Part shown: one piece after another, positions 40,788-49,982 of the stretch
Position numbering within the stretch: position 1 is the first letter of the stretch
How the letters are laid out: each line of letters opens with the position of its first letter
Virus record (IMG/VR): IMGVR_UViG_3300050505_000066
Span: 1,017-65,016 of that record
Length of the DNA: 64,000 bases
Reading direction: 5' to 3' (one strand)
Source: a virus
Notes under the pieces: generated by a model
The model's database searches: none
Told to the model about the DNA's origin: nothing
What the model saw: only the letters and a program-made list of their open reading frames with translations
Program-made: the position numbers and the translations under genes

Positions 40788-41913
40788 TTTCAATCTCGAT
40801 CTTTGTGAATCATATTCCGAAGAAATTGAACAGGCAATCATAAGAGCCGTTCGTAATCATGCCTATATTCTAGGTCCTGAAACCCAAGCCTTCGAAGAGG
40901 AATTCGCTTCATATTGTGGGCAGCGATACGCTGTCACTGTGAACAGCGGAACGGATGCAATTCTAATTGCCCTCCAAGCCCTCGGGATAGGTCCAGGCGA
41001 CGAGGTTATATCCCCTGCCCACAATGTCGCTTATACCGCCCTTGCCGTTAATCGTCTTGGGGCAAAAAATGTCTTCGTTGACATTGACCCCTTGACAATG
41101 CTCATGGATTGTGATAGAATCCAAGATGTCATTACAGGATCGACGAGGGCGATTGTTCCGGTTCACTTGTATGGGCAAATGGTTAATATGAAACGAGTTA
41201 GGGACATCGCCCGCGCCAATAACCTAATGGTGGTCGAAGATGCTGCTCAAGCTCATGGTGCTCTTTATGATGGACACCCACCTGGATATTTTAGTCATGC
41301 TGTTGCTTATTCTTTTTACCCTACGAAAAATCTCGGATCGTTAGGTGAGGCTGGTGGGATTACGACTAATATTCCCTCTGTAGCGAAGGCCGCGAGGCAA
41401 CTACGGGATGGTGGGCGTTCTGATCGGTACATCCATAGTTTACCGGGTGTGAATTCGGTGATGGATGAAATCCAGGCAGCTGTTCTTAGGGTAAAACTTA
41501 AACATCTTGATCTTTCAAATAGGAAAAGATGTAAGTTAGCATTTGAATATATTAAAGAATTAAGTCGAATTGAAGATATTAGACTTCAAGTTTGGCCACA
41601 AAAAGTTTCTCCAGTCTATCATTTATTTGTAATTCGTATTAAAAGACGAACAGCACTTATGCAATGGTTAAAAGAAAATGAGGTTCCTACACTAATTCAC
41701 TACCCTTTGACCGTTCCTGAACAACCAGTTTTTGTCTCAGAGTGTTATGAACAGGGACCATTTCCACACGCTCAAGAAGCCTCACGAACTGTATTAAGTC
41801 TACCCATGTTTCCAGATATGTCTAAAAAACAACAGGATTGGATAATTGGAAAAATTAAAGCTTTCTTTGATCTGCCCAACAATCGGAAGAAGCTCACTTG
41901 CTCAACTTCTTGA
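40783..41913 (+). CDS. DegT/DnrJ/EryC1/StrS PLP-dependent sugar aminotransferase (probable AUU start at 40783)
   Basis: 'EDAAQAHGA', 'SFYPTKNLG', 'GEAGG', 'MDEIQAA'; the conserved N-terminal region continues in frame 52 codons upstream of the track's GTG start. Confidence 0.9.
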   Translation: MNFNLDLCESYSEEIEQAIIRAVRNHAYILGPETQAFEEEFASYCGQRYAVTVNSGTDAILIALQALGIGPGDEVISPAHNVAYTALAVNRLGAKNVFVDIDPLTMLMDCDRIQDVITGSTRAIVPVHLYGQMVNMKRVRDIARANNLMVVEDAAQAHGALYDGHPPGYFSHAVAYSFYPTKNLGSLGEAGGITTNIPSVAKAARQLRDGGRSDRYIHSLPGVNSVMDEIQAAVLRVKLKHLDLSNRKRCKLAFEYIKELSRIEDIRLQVWPQKVSPVYHLFVIRIKRRTALMQWLKENEVPTLIHYPLTVPEQPVFVSECYEQGPFPHAQEASRTVLSLPMFPDMSKKQQDWIIGKIKAFFDLPNNRKKLTCSTS

Positions 41914-42451
41914 ACAAGTCTATCCTCAACTTGAAGAAGGAGACGAATTCATTGTTGTCGGAGATGGACCCCAACCTACCGCTATGGAAATGTGTCTCCC
42001 GTACGATCCAGAAAAAGTTGTTTATCGAGAATTGCCTGAACATGTTGGAAACTACGGCTGTGATCCTTGTGATCTCGGCATTAGCATTGCTCGCGGTGAT
42101 TTTGTTTGGTTTATTGGCGATGATGATGTTTGTCCTGACAATGTGTTTAGTCTCATACGGTCTCGCGTAGTTGAGGCTCCTGATGTTCCACATCTATTTG
42201 CTATGTGGCATACTGGGAGTTTTTTCCCAGGTGACAGATTTATCTGTTGTCAAACATCTGGTCAACAACTTGTAGTTCCAAGAGATATGGACCGAATGCC
42301 AAGAATGGGAGATGTGGCACAAGAACAATGGCCTGTATCAGATTGGGTATTTATGGATAAGGTTGCCTCGGCATGGAATAGAGAAATAAAGTTTCATCGT
42401 GATGATGTGATTTGTATATTGCCTGTGATGAATCAAGGGAGGATGGTTTGA
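41846..42451 (+). CDS. Glycosyltransferase family 2 (GT-A)
   Basis: 'LICPTIGR', 'IVVGDG', 'ARGDFVWFIGDDD'. Confidence 0.85.
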   Translation: MEKLKLSLICPTIGRSSLAQLLEQVYPQLEEGDEFIVVGDGPQPTAMEMCLPYDPEKVVYRELPEHVGNYGCDPCDLGISIARGDFVWFIGDDDVCPDNVFSLIRSRVVEAPDVPHLFAMWHTGSFFPGDRFICCQTSGQQLVVPRDMDRMPRMGDVAQEQWPVSDWVFMDKVASAWNREIKFHRDDVICILPVMNQGRMV

Positions 42452-42632
42452 ATTGAATAATATTGATTCCGTTGTAGAACAAATGACAAATTGGATTATC
42501 AAAGATAAAGACAAAGATGATCCCTGGCAAACGATTAGTGATGCTGAGTCATTAATGGAGATTTGTATCAGAAAACTCCTTCAAATTGAAAATTGGAAAG
42601 AGGATTTTGATCCTCTAAGAAAGGATTAAATC

Positions 42633-43337
42633 TTGAATCAAGAAGATGTTTATGGTGATGAAGAAAGACCAGAAAGAACAATAATTTTTCCTGGTGAAGA
42701 ACCCAAACAAGAAGTTTACGATTTTTCTAAAGGTAAACTCGCGGAACAAATCAAAGAACTAAAAGAAAAAATTGGGATGGATAAAGCCGAACTTACGCCC
42801 GAAGCTGAGCAAGCCCGAGCAGAAGCCCCCGAGGAATCCGGCATTCCTGGGAAAGAAATTAATTGGGAAGATTATGATCTTGATCCCAAATATGCTCATT
42901 TTTATCCCAAATCTACGTTCATGGAAACCGGGGCAGGTCCTAAATTCGTTGTTGAAATTACAGAATTTCACTCAGAGAACAAAAATCCCACAGGATCAAT
43001 TGGAACTTTAAATCAAAAAGGTCAACCTGTTAATCTTGGTGAGTACATGACGTATCTTGTGAATGGTCAAGAACAATGGCATCCATTTGCATTCATCCCA
43101 GGTGGAACAGGAAGTGTTTATGCTATTTTCCAGCGTCGTGTAAAGGTTGCCCTACCTGATCCAGTTTTAATTGAAAAGGAAACTAAGGTTGAAAAACCAA
43201 CAGATGAAGAACTCAAGAAGATTGAAGATAAGGCTCTTGCGTGGACTGGTGAGAGTTCTTCAAATCCTGAACATGAGGAACAAAACTCGGGGGCATCGAC
43301 AGAGATATCAGGGGAAGTGGGTAACGTGTCAGAATAA
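42633..43337 (+). CDS. Acidic hypothetical protein
   Basis: Long ORF with RBS; no recognised motif. Confidence 0.6.
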   Translation: MNQEDVYGDEERPERTIIFPGEEPKQEVYDFSKGKLAEQIKELKEKIGMDKAELTPEAEQARAEAPEESGIPGKEINWEDYDLDPKYAHFYPKSTFMETGAGPKFVVEITEFHSENKNPTGSIGTLNQKGQPVNLGEYMTYLVNGQEQWHPFAFIPGGTGSVYAIFQRRVKVALPDPVLIEKETKVEKPTDEELKKIEDKALAWTGESSSNPEHEEQNSGASTEISGEVGNVSE

Positions 43338-43433
43338 GATTCTTGGTGTATCTTCAGAAGGAATAATTACTAGTTGTCCAGCATGTCTAATGGAATCTTA
43401 TAATTTTAAACGACATATAAAGGAGGTTAATCA

Positions 43434-43751
43434 GTGGTTTCGAAGTCTGCAATGATCCGGCTTGCTAAAAGGTCTCCCTACACCAATTGGAAACATGGAG
43501 CAATTGTGTTCAAGGGAGGGTGTGTTGTTGGAATGGCGACCAATGACCGAAGAACACATGCCGAGGTAAGAGCATTGTCCCAAACCAAGTATCCTAAGAA
43601 TACAACTGTTCTAAGTGTTCGTGTGAATAAGAGTGGGGATTTGTGTAATGCTCTTCCCTGTTTGAATTGTTGGAACTTTATGAAGAAAGAGGGAGTTAAA
43701 ACGGTGTTTTATTCAACGGATGCAGGGTCTATTGAAAGGATTAGAATATGA
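43434..43751 (+). CDS. Cytidine/dCMP deaminase-fold protein
   Basis: 'HGA', 'HAE', 'PCLNC' zinc motif. Confidence 0.85.
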   Translation: MVSKSAMIRLAKRSPYTNWKHGAIVFKGGCVVGMATNDRRTHAEVRALSQTKYPKNTTVLSVRVNKSGDLCNALPCLNCWNFMKKEGVKTVFYSTDAGSIERIRI

Positions 43752-44176
43752 CCGGCCCGCCTGATGTGGAGGGAGTGAAGGAGAGGCTTGCATACTACGA
43801 CCGACAGTCTCTAAAGACTCCCGAGTACGATCCATTGCTCGCCCGCGACGCCCTAGCCGTGATCGAGGCGCTGGAGAAGGAGAACGCTGAGATTGTGGGC
43901 GGCGCGAGATGGAATCGCATGAACGCTCGCATCGCGCCCCTCGAAGAAGCAGCGCAGCCAAGCGAAGAATACGTGCAGCGGCCTGTCGAAGATCGTGGGG
44001 CGGCACGGTGCGCTCTATCCTCCACGAGAAGTCATCGTGGAGGATTCGGACCAAGCGGTCGCAAACTTCCTGACGAACGCCGCGGTGTTCCGATGAGCGC
44101 CCCCACTCCTGAATCAATCGCTTTCCGAGACCTTGCGACCGCTCTCGACCAAGCTCTCGCAGGAGAAGAGTCTTGA
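43748..44176 (+). other. GC-rich insert encoding a hypothetical ORF
   Basis: Visibly about 60% GC against an AT-rich background, with sharp edges at the ORF boundaries. Confidence 0.7.
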
Positions 44177-45117
44177 TTCCTTATAAAGTTAATGTTTCAG
44201 CTATAAACCAATTTTCCCGTTGTCGTTTCCGTTGGTGGGCACAGTACATTGAAAATTGGGTTCCTATCCAAGAAGCACAACCCCTTGCTTTTGGAAGGCT
44301 TCTTCATGAAGTGTTTGAAGCTTCACACCAAGCAGATATTTCAATGAAAGGAGCTATTGAACTTTGTTTTCAATTATGGCAGAAAAAGGCTGAAACAACA
44401 ACAGATTCCTTTGAACGAACAATGAGATTTGATGCTCTTCAACAACTTGATGAATTAAGTGAAGCTCTTTGTCTTTGGGTGGATAAATATCCAATTACAA
44501 CAACATTAGCGGTTGAAGAACCCTTTGAAATCGAACATCCCGATGATCCATCAATTCATATAATTGGTCGCCCCGACCGCGAGGTCGTAATGAATAATAA
44601 GATTTGGCACATCCAAAACCGTGGCCTCGCGCCTGGAATTAACTTCGGAACTTATATTGAACTACAGAAACGAAGTTACCATGAGCATGTTTATGCTGAA
44701 GCCTTAAACCGAAAATATATTAATCCAAATGAAAAATTTGGATTAAAATATGGTGGAACTCTTTTCAATCTTGTTCGTAAATTAAAATATCGGACAAAGG
44801 TTACAAAGAAAAATCCCGAAGGTGAGATCAAAGACCTCTCGGAAATGTTTTTCCAGCATCCAATGACAATTGACTTGACTTCTCCACTTCATAAGCATAT
44901 AATGGCATGTGTGCTTGGGTATGCAAGGGAGATGCGTGATGCTGAGGTAGCATATCGGGATGAGGGGATTATTCCACTTCCGAATGAGTCAGTTAACGGT
45001 GGGGCTTATGGAAATTCACCAGACCCTTATTTCAAAGTCCTGATTGGAGAATATGAACTTGGAGACAGCCGATATTTCAAAAAGCGCGATGATCCCTACA
45101 CAGGGGTTCACGTATAA
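44173..45117 (+). CDS. PD-(D/E)XK (RecB/Cas4-like) exonuclease
   Basis: 'CRFRWWAQY', 'FGRLLHEVFE', 'VEEPF', 'IGRPD'. Confidence 0.75.
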   Translation: MIPYKVNVSAINQFSRCRFRWWAQYIENWVPIQEAQPLAFGRLLHEVFEASHQADISMKGAIELCFQLWQKKAETTTDSFERTMRFDALQQLDELSEALCLWVDKYPITTTLAVEEPFEIEHPDDPSIHIIGRPDREVVMNNKIWHIQNRGLAPGINFGTYIELQKRSYHEHVYAEALNRKYINPNEKFGLKYGGTLFNLVRKLKYRTKVTKKNPEGEIKDLSEMFFQHPMTIDLTSPLHKHIMACVLGYAREMRDAEVAYRDEGIIPLPNESVNGGAYGNSPDPYFKVLIGEYELGDSRYFKKRDDPYTGVHV

Positions 45118-45233
45118 ACAAGAGAAACAATTAACAGTTAGAGAGTTAACATTACTTTTGTATAAATGTAATCAAGAAGCTTTGGTGTATACAGATGGAT
45201 GTGATTGTACTGGACATGCTAATGGGGTGAGTT

Positions 45234-46229
45234 TTGACGAACGATCAAGTGTCTATATTACAAGATCAAATTGAAAAATTCTGGAATTGTCTTCCTCATC
45301 CAACTCCAGATCACGTTGTTCGTTTGTTTGCAAAGAAAGGTGATGTAAGATATGGTGACTTTGCCCGTTCCCCTAGCGAGCTTAAACGTTTTATCCTGGG
45401 CCATCTTGACTTCGATGTGTATATGGCACCTAACCCAACAACAAAAACCACAGAAACTAGACATTCGGCATCTGATGTTGATTATTGGTCTTTTCTTTTC
45501 TTTGACATTGACCCTATCGAATCTATTAATAATCCAACTTTAGCATTAGATGAAATTCTTAAATTATTTGGAGGATGGTCTGGTCATGACTTAATCACAA
45601 AAGATCGACCAACTATTATTGATAGTGGCCGTGGTGTCCAAGCGTGGCTACAACTTGAAAGTATCAATTTAGATCGACCAATCCTCCAAATGAAATTAAC
45701 ACAAAAACCTGTTGAAAGAAAAGAAGTTCGTAAATTAATGAGCTTCTGGCTTCGTCATATTTCAGACCGAATTGGACTTGTTCATGGTTGCCGTCTAGAT
45801 ACCTCGGTGTCGGACTTACCAAGAGTTATGAGAATGCCTGGAACAGTGAATCAGAAAACAGGACGGATGGCGAGCGTTCTTCACTATCAAGAACGACCAT
45901 ATCCTTGGCTTGCTTCATTTCTTATTCATGGCGCACCAGATTCTATCTACCAGGAACCAGATAATTTAAGCATGCCCGAGGGAACTTCATGGCAGATGGT
46001 TTTTAACCGTTTATCAATGCAATCTCAAAAATATTATTTTGAGGGAAAGGCTGAGCCTGGAAGACATAAATTAGCGTGGCACACAGCACGGACGTTTTGT
46101 GAACTTGGAATTAGTCGTGAACAAGCATATTTGTTTATTAAGACAGCTAATAGTCGATTGGGAGAAGATGAAGAACTCGATGAAGGAGCGATAAAGCATG
46201 CCCTTGACACAGCCTATTCCACAGAATGA
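45234..46229 (+). CDS. Archaeo-eukaryotic (RepB-type) primase
   Basis: Motif I 'FFDID', motif II 'SGRGVQ' (usual His is Gln), motif III 'DLPRVMRMPG'; helical C-terminal domain. Confidence 0.75.
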   Translation: MTNDQVSILQDQIEKFWNCLPHPTPDHVVRLFAKKGDVRYGDFARSPSELKRFILGHLDFDVYMAPNPTTKTTETRHSASDVDYWSFLFFDIDPIESINNPTLALDEILKLFGGWSGHDLITKDRPTIIDSGRGVQAWLQLESINLDRPILQMKLTQKPVERKEVRKLMSFWLRHISDRIGLVHGCRLDTSVSDLPRVMRMPGTVNQKTGRMASVLHYQERPYPWLASFLIHGAPDSIYQEPDNLSMPEGTSWQMVFNRLSMQSQKYYFEGKAEPGRHKLAWHTARTFCELGISREQAYLFIKTANSRLGEDEELDEGAIKHALDTAYSTE

Positions 46230-46619
46230 ACCTAATTTTTCAGGCACCTTAGTTTTGAATGATAATGGAGAAAATGGGACTTTTTGGACATATAGTCTGC
46301 CAAATGCTATAGATTTTTATGATTCTAGTTTTGGATCAATTCGACCAAGACAAGTTTGTGATATTCGAACAATGTTTTTTCAAGATTGGATTAGATTAGC
46401 AACATCAGACGTTACAATTTATACATTTAAATTAGTTCTTTCAAACCAAAGAACATATTCAAAATCTAGAAATATTTCAAGATTAGAAGAGGTTCGAGGT
46501 GATAGACCAGGGATTGAAAGAATAACAAAATTTGAGTTAGTGAGTGAACTTTTGAATGGTCAAATTTCTCTTTGTCCCGATCATCGACGACAACTTGAGA
46601 TAATGCGTGAAGAATATTC

Positions 46620-46648
46620 TTGACATAAGGGTTAAATTGTGGTAATAT
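46620..46648 (+). promoter_or_regulatory. Sigma70-type promoter
   Basis: TTGACA-17 nt-TAATAT with TG extension, upstream of the vWA/recombination block. Confidence 0.65.
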
Positions 46649-47388
46649 ACAAGTTCAATCATCCAAACAAGAAGGGAATGTCGATGCCGAAAGTTAAAGC
46701 AAAGAAACGAGTTACAAAATCTGTAAAAACAAAGCCCGTCCATGTGGTTTTCATCCTCGATGAAACAGGGTCTATGCTTCGAGTTAAGGATTCTACGATT
46801 TCCGGTTTCAATGAGTATCTTGAAACTCTTCAAAATGATAAGAATGCTAATACTCATAAAATGAGCTTCTTAACTTTTAATTCACGAGGAGTTAGACGTA
46901 GAGAGCTTTTTACAAATTTGAAGGCTGTAGAAAAGTTGAATCATCAAAGCTATAATCCTGCAGCTAATACTCCGCTTTATGATGCTATTGGAGAAGGACT
47001 TGCAGGAATTGATTTAGATTCTAAACATGATATTCTTGTAGTTATTCAAACAGATGGTGAAGAGAATTCGAGTGTTAGGGAAACAAGAGATTCAATCTTT
47101 AGAAAAATTGAAGAGGCTAAAAAAGCGGGATGGGGATTTGTTTTCCTTGGGGCTGATCAAGATGCATGGGGTGCAGCTCAGTTAATTGGAATTCCTCGTG
47201 GGTCTACTATGAGTTATGATAATACAGCTCAGGGAATTCAAGGAGCAATGACAGATACAGAAAGAGCCACAGTTAGATACATGAATAGCACTGCAGAACA
47301 AAGAAATCAATTGCGAGCTTCTTTTTTGTCGGGTGATGAAAATCAAGGTCTCGACCTTAGAAGGGATGTAAATGCTCCGAATTCTTAA
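46639..47388 (+). CDS. vWA domain protein (real start probably the ATG near 46678)
   Basis: MIDAS 'DETGS', 'TPLYDA', 'TDG.ENSS', 'FVFLGA'. Confidence 0.85.
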   Translation: MVIYKFNHPNKKGMSMPKVKAKKRVTKSVKTKPVHVVFILDETGSMLRVKDSTISGFNEYLETLQNDKNANTHKMSFLTFNSRGVRRRELFTNLKAVEKLNHQSYNPAANTPLYDAIGEGLAGIDLDSKHDILVVIQTDGEENSSVRETRDSIFRKIEEAKKAGWGFVFLGADQDAWGAAQLIGIPRGSTMSYDNTAQGIQGAMTDTERATVRYMNSTAEQRNQLRASFLSGDENQGLDLRRDVNAPNS

Positions 47389-48220
47389 AACAGCAGATAT
47401 TCTTAAAGAAACAAAAGAACGAATTATCATTTATGGGAGAGCAGGAATTGGTAAAACTCGTCTCGCTCTTTCTCTTACACCAAGATTTGGAAAGATCGTT
47501 TATTATGCCTCAGACATGAACTCTGAGTTTCTTTCTTCTATTGAACCAAGAAAAAGAGATCGAATTTATGTAATTAAGCCTTCAGGAGATGATCCAATTC
47601 AGAACTTCATGGAGTTCTGTATGCACGATTGGAAATCTGTTGACAAGGAAATTCAAACGATTGTTGTTGATACTTACACAAAGGTTGCTTTAGATTGTAT
47701 TCGACATTCAGCTAATAGTGGTTCAGTCACGAGTGAAAAACACTTTGTTGTAGGTGATCCCTCAAAGGGGGGACAAACAATTCCGAATCGAGGAGACTAT
47801 CTTGGGATTGAATCAATTAGTCGAGGATTTCTCGACATGTTGTTTGACAAACAACGAGACCTTAACATCATCTTACTTTTTCACGAGGATATTAAACTGG
47901 TGGAAGGAATACACGCTGTTGGAGGTCCAGCCCATCCTGGCAGAGCGATGGCTGAATTTATCCCGGCTCAATTCAACACTGTAATCCGTCTTATCCGTGA
48001 ACAAATCCTAATACCGGGTGCGTCAGTCCCTGAGGATGTTGTCGTAGCAATCACGGAGAATGACGGAAAGTTTATTAGTAAAGTCCGTACAACGGATGAA
48101 TCAAAAGCAAATCCTTTAGCAAAGGTTACGTTGGATTTGAATCCTGAAACATATTGGTCACAGAAGTATGATCCAATCTATGCGCCTAAGGCGGAAAGAG
48201 AGACAGTAAATGTCGGATAA
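47372..48220 (+). CDS. AAA_24 (Sak4-like) ATPase
   Basis: 'YGRAGIGKT', 'IVVDT', 'LLFHE'. Confidence 0.8.
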   Translation: MLRILKTADILKETKERIIIYGRAGIGKTRLALSLTPRFGKIVYYASDMNSEFLSSIEPRKRDRIYVIKPSGDDPIQNFMEFCMHDWKSVDKEIQTIVVDTYTKVALDCIRHSANSGSVTSEKHFVVGDPSKGGQTIPNRGDYLGIESISRGFLDMLFDKQRDLNIILLFHEDIKLVEGIHAVGGPAHPGRAMAEFIPAQFNTVIRLIREQILIPGASVPEDVVVAITENDGKFISKVRTTDESKANPLAKVTLDLNPETYWSQKYDPIYAPKAERETVNVG

Positions 48221-48803
48221 TATGCACGTTCCAGATTTCATAGACATTGCGGAAGACACTCAGAAGGCGGCTCAAGCCGCAATGAATCGTTCATTCGTTC
48301 TTACTCCACCAGAAGATGCTGTTGTTTCTGTGGCGAAAAATGGTGATGAATACAAGAGATGGGTGGAAGGCGGGGTTATTGAAGATACATGGCGCGAAGG
48401 AACAGCTAGTGGACTTGTTGTTGCTGTTGCTCAGGTAAAAATTCGTTCAGGATATCCAAATCAACATGAACGAGTTTGGGCGCGTCATATGCTTCATCCA
48501 AAGGTCCTTCTTGGACAGGGAAATGAGCAAGAGAAGAAATCTTATGAAGGAATGAATAATCGTTCTATTAATGCTATTACAACCCTTCTACAGGCGACAG
48601 GATATGCTCCTACCTCGGGGGGTCTTAGCAAGAGACTTCTTGAGATGATGTTTCCAATTAAGAACCAGCCAGGAGCTAAAGCACCTGTTGTTGGGAAGAG
48701 TGTGATGCTTAATCTCGTAGATCAACCCAATCGTGGAGAAAAAGCCCGTTCACCAAGACAGACTACTGTTGACTCATACTTGCCTGATGTTGTGGAGGCT
48801 TAA
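48210..48803 (+). CDS. Probable single-stranded DNA-binding protein
   Basis: Position after AAA_24; OB-like beta pattern; family not securely recognised. Confidence 0.5.
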   Translation: MSDNMHVPDFIDIAEDTQKAAQAAMNRSFVLTPPEDAVVSVAKNGDEYKRWVEGGVIEDTWREGTASGLVVAVAQVKIRSGYPNQHERVWARHMLHPKVLLGQGNEQEKKSYEGMNNRSINAITTLLQATGYAPTSGGLSKRLLEMMFPIKNQPGAKAPVVGKSVMLNLVDQPNRGEKARSPRQTTVDSYLPDVVEA

Positions 48804-49588
48804 TGCTTAACGCCCCAGGACTTGAAAAGAAAAATCCCTTCACTGACTTGATCCATGAAGTAAATCGGATCAATAGAGAAGGTGGGGCATTAGCTGGTCG
48901 TGGCGGGGGGACTCCAATCGTGCAAGGAGGTCCTCTCGTTCGATCTGCAGAAGTTAATAGACCACCAGATATTTTATCACCAGAAGAATATGCGGAACGT
49001 GATAGATTGGCTAGAGAAATAGGGATTTTGCCCCCATCTGAGGAAGAACCACCAGCTTATCCCACATGGGAATCTGCAGCTAAAATTGGAAGAGAAGATA
49101 TTATTAATCCTGTAGCTTTCCAGGGATCGGCTAGAGAATATATTGGAGAAACTAAAAATGAGCTTCCTCGGCTCATTGATTTTAAAAAAATTCAGGGGAT
49201 CGATCTTATTCTAAATTGTGTTTACGTTGATGGATTTAGGATACCACTCCCCGAGGAAACAGTTAAACAATATAAACAAGATGTTCTTAATCTTGCGGTA
49301 AATTTTGTAACTCAGCAACTTGCAGAAGCTCTTGCAGAAATTACCTTTACCAAGGAACAATTATCTGAAACTATGCAACGGATGCCAGACGATCAAGGAA
49401 AGGAGCCACTTCAGTCGGAGAACGGAATCACCCAAGAAACTACGGAGCCATTGCAAACCGTGTCGGGTGAAAGTCAGTCTTCGATGGCAGAAAAACAATC
49501 GGAATCGACAGAATCAGAATTGCCAGAAATACAACCAGTCAGAAAAAGGGGTCGCAAGAGGCTTAAGAGCACACCACAATCTGAGTAA
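48803..49588 (+). CDS. Hypothetical protein
   Basis: ORF translationally coupled to the upstream gene (TAATG). Confidence 0.6.
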   Translation: MLNAPGLEKKNPFTDLIHEVNRINREGGALAGRGGGTPIVQGGPLVRSAEVNRPPDILSPEEYAERDRLAREIGILPPSEEEPPAYPTWESAAKIGREDIINPVAFQGSAREYIGETKNELPRLIDFKKIQGIDLILNCVYVDGFRIPLPEETVKQYKQDVLNLAVNFVTQQLAEALAEITFTKEQLSETMQRMPDDQGKEPLQSENGITQETTEPLQTVSGESQSSMAEKQSESTESELPEIQPVRKRGRKRLKSTPQSE

Positions 49589-49982
49589 ACTTCAATCAGG
49601 ATTTTGGTCGCGACTTCTCAATAATCCTAATACGAGATGTGGAATCTGTGGATTACCTAATTATCTTCTAAAACTATATTATGAATCAGGACCTTATCCC
49701 AAATTTATGGGAGAACGTAAATATGGTCGGAGATTACACCTTGACCATCGATCCCCAGGAGATAAAAATGGGGGATTCCGGCCTCTTTGTCCTGGCTGTA
49801 ATATTAGACGAGGAAATAATCAATACTCAGACAATGAAGTTTTGGCCTGGATTAGACGAAAATGGGAATACATTCTTCCCTTACGGTTTCTCTACTGGTT
49901 AAATACGTCCCCTGGAAAAGGGGGAGATTTGGAACGGAATGAGTTTATGGAAAAGAAATTGATCCGTCTTATGAATGAGTAA
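49320..49982 (+). CDS. HNH / endonuclease VII-like nuclease with N-terminal zinc finger
   Basis: CNGC..CKPC, 'CGICG', 'LHLDH', 'LCPGCN'. Confidence 0.75.
   Translation: MQKLLQKLPLPRNNYLKLCNGCQTIKERSHFSRRTESPKKLRSHCKPCRVKVSLRWQKNNRNRQNQNCQKYNQSEKGVARGLRAHHNLSKLQSGFWSRLLNNPNTRCGICGLPNYLLKLYYESGPYPKFMGERKYGRRLHLDHRSPGDKNGGFRPLCPGCNIRRGNNQYSDNEVLAWIRRKWEYILPLRFLYWLNTSPGKGGDLERNEFMEKKLIRLMNE

Noticed and set aside
42453-42629. Third MCP-like peptide (EQMTN...DDPWQT) in a 58-aa ORF
   Set aside because: It needs a 7-residue gap and has few identities; compatible with chance.
49120-49150. SAREYIG resembling portal TAREFVG
   Set aside because: Only 7 residues with 4 identities; too short to support without a statistical search.
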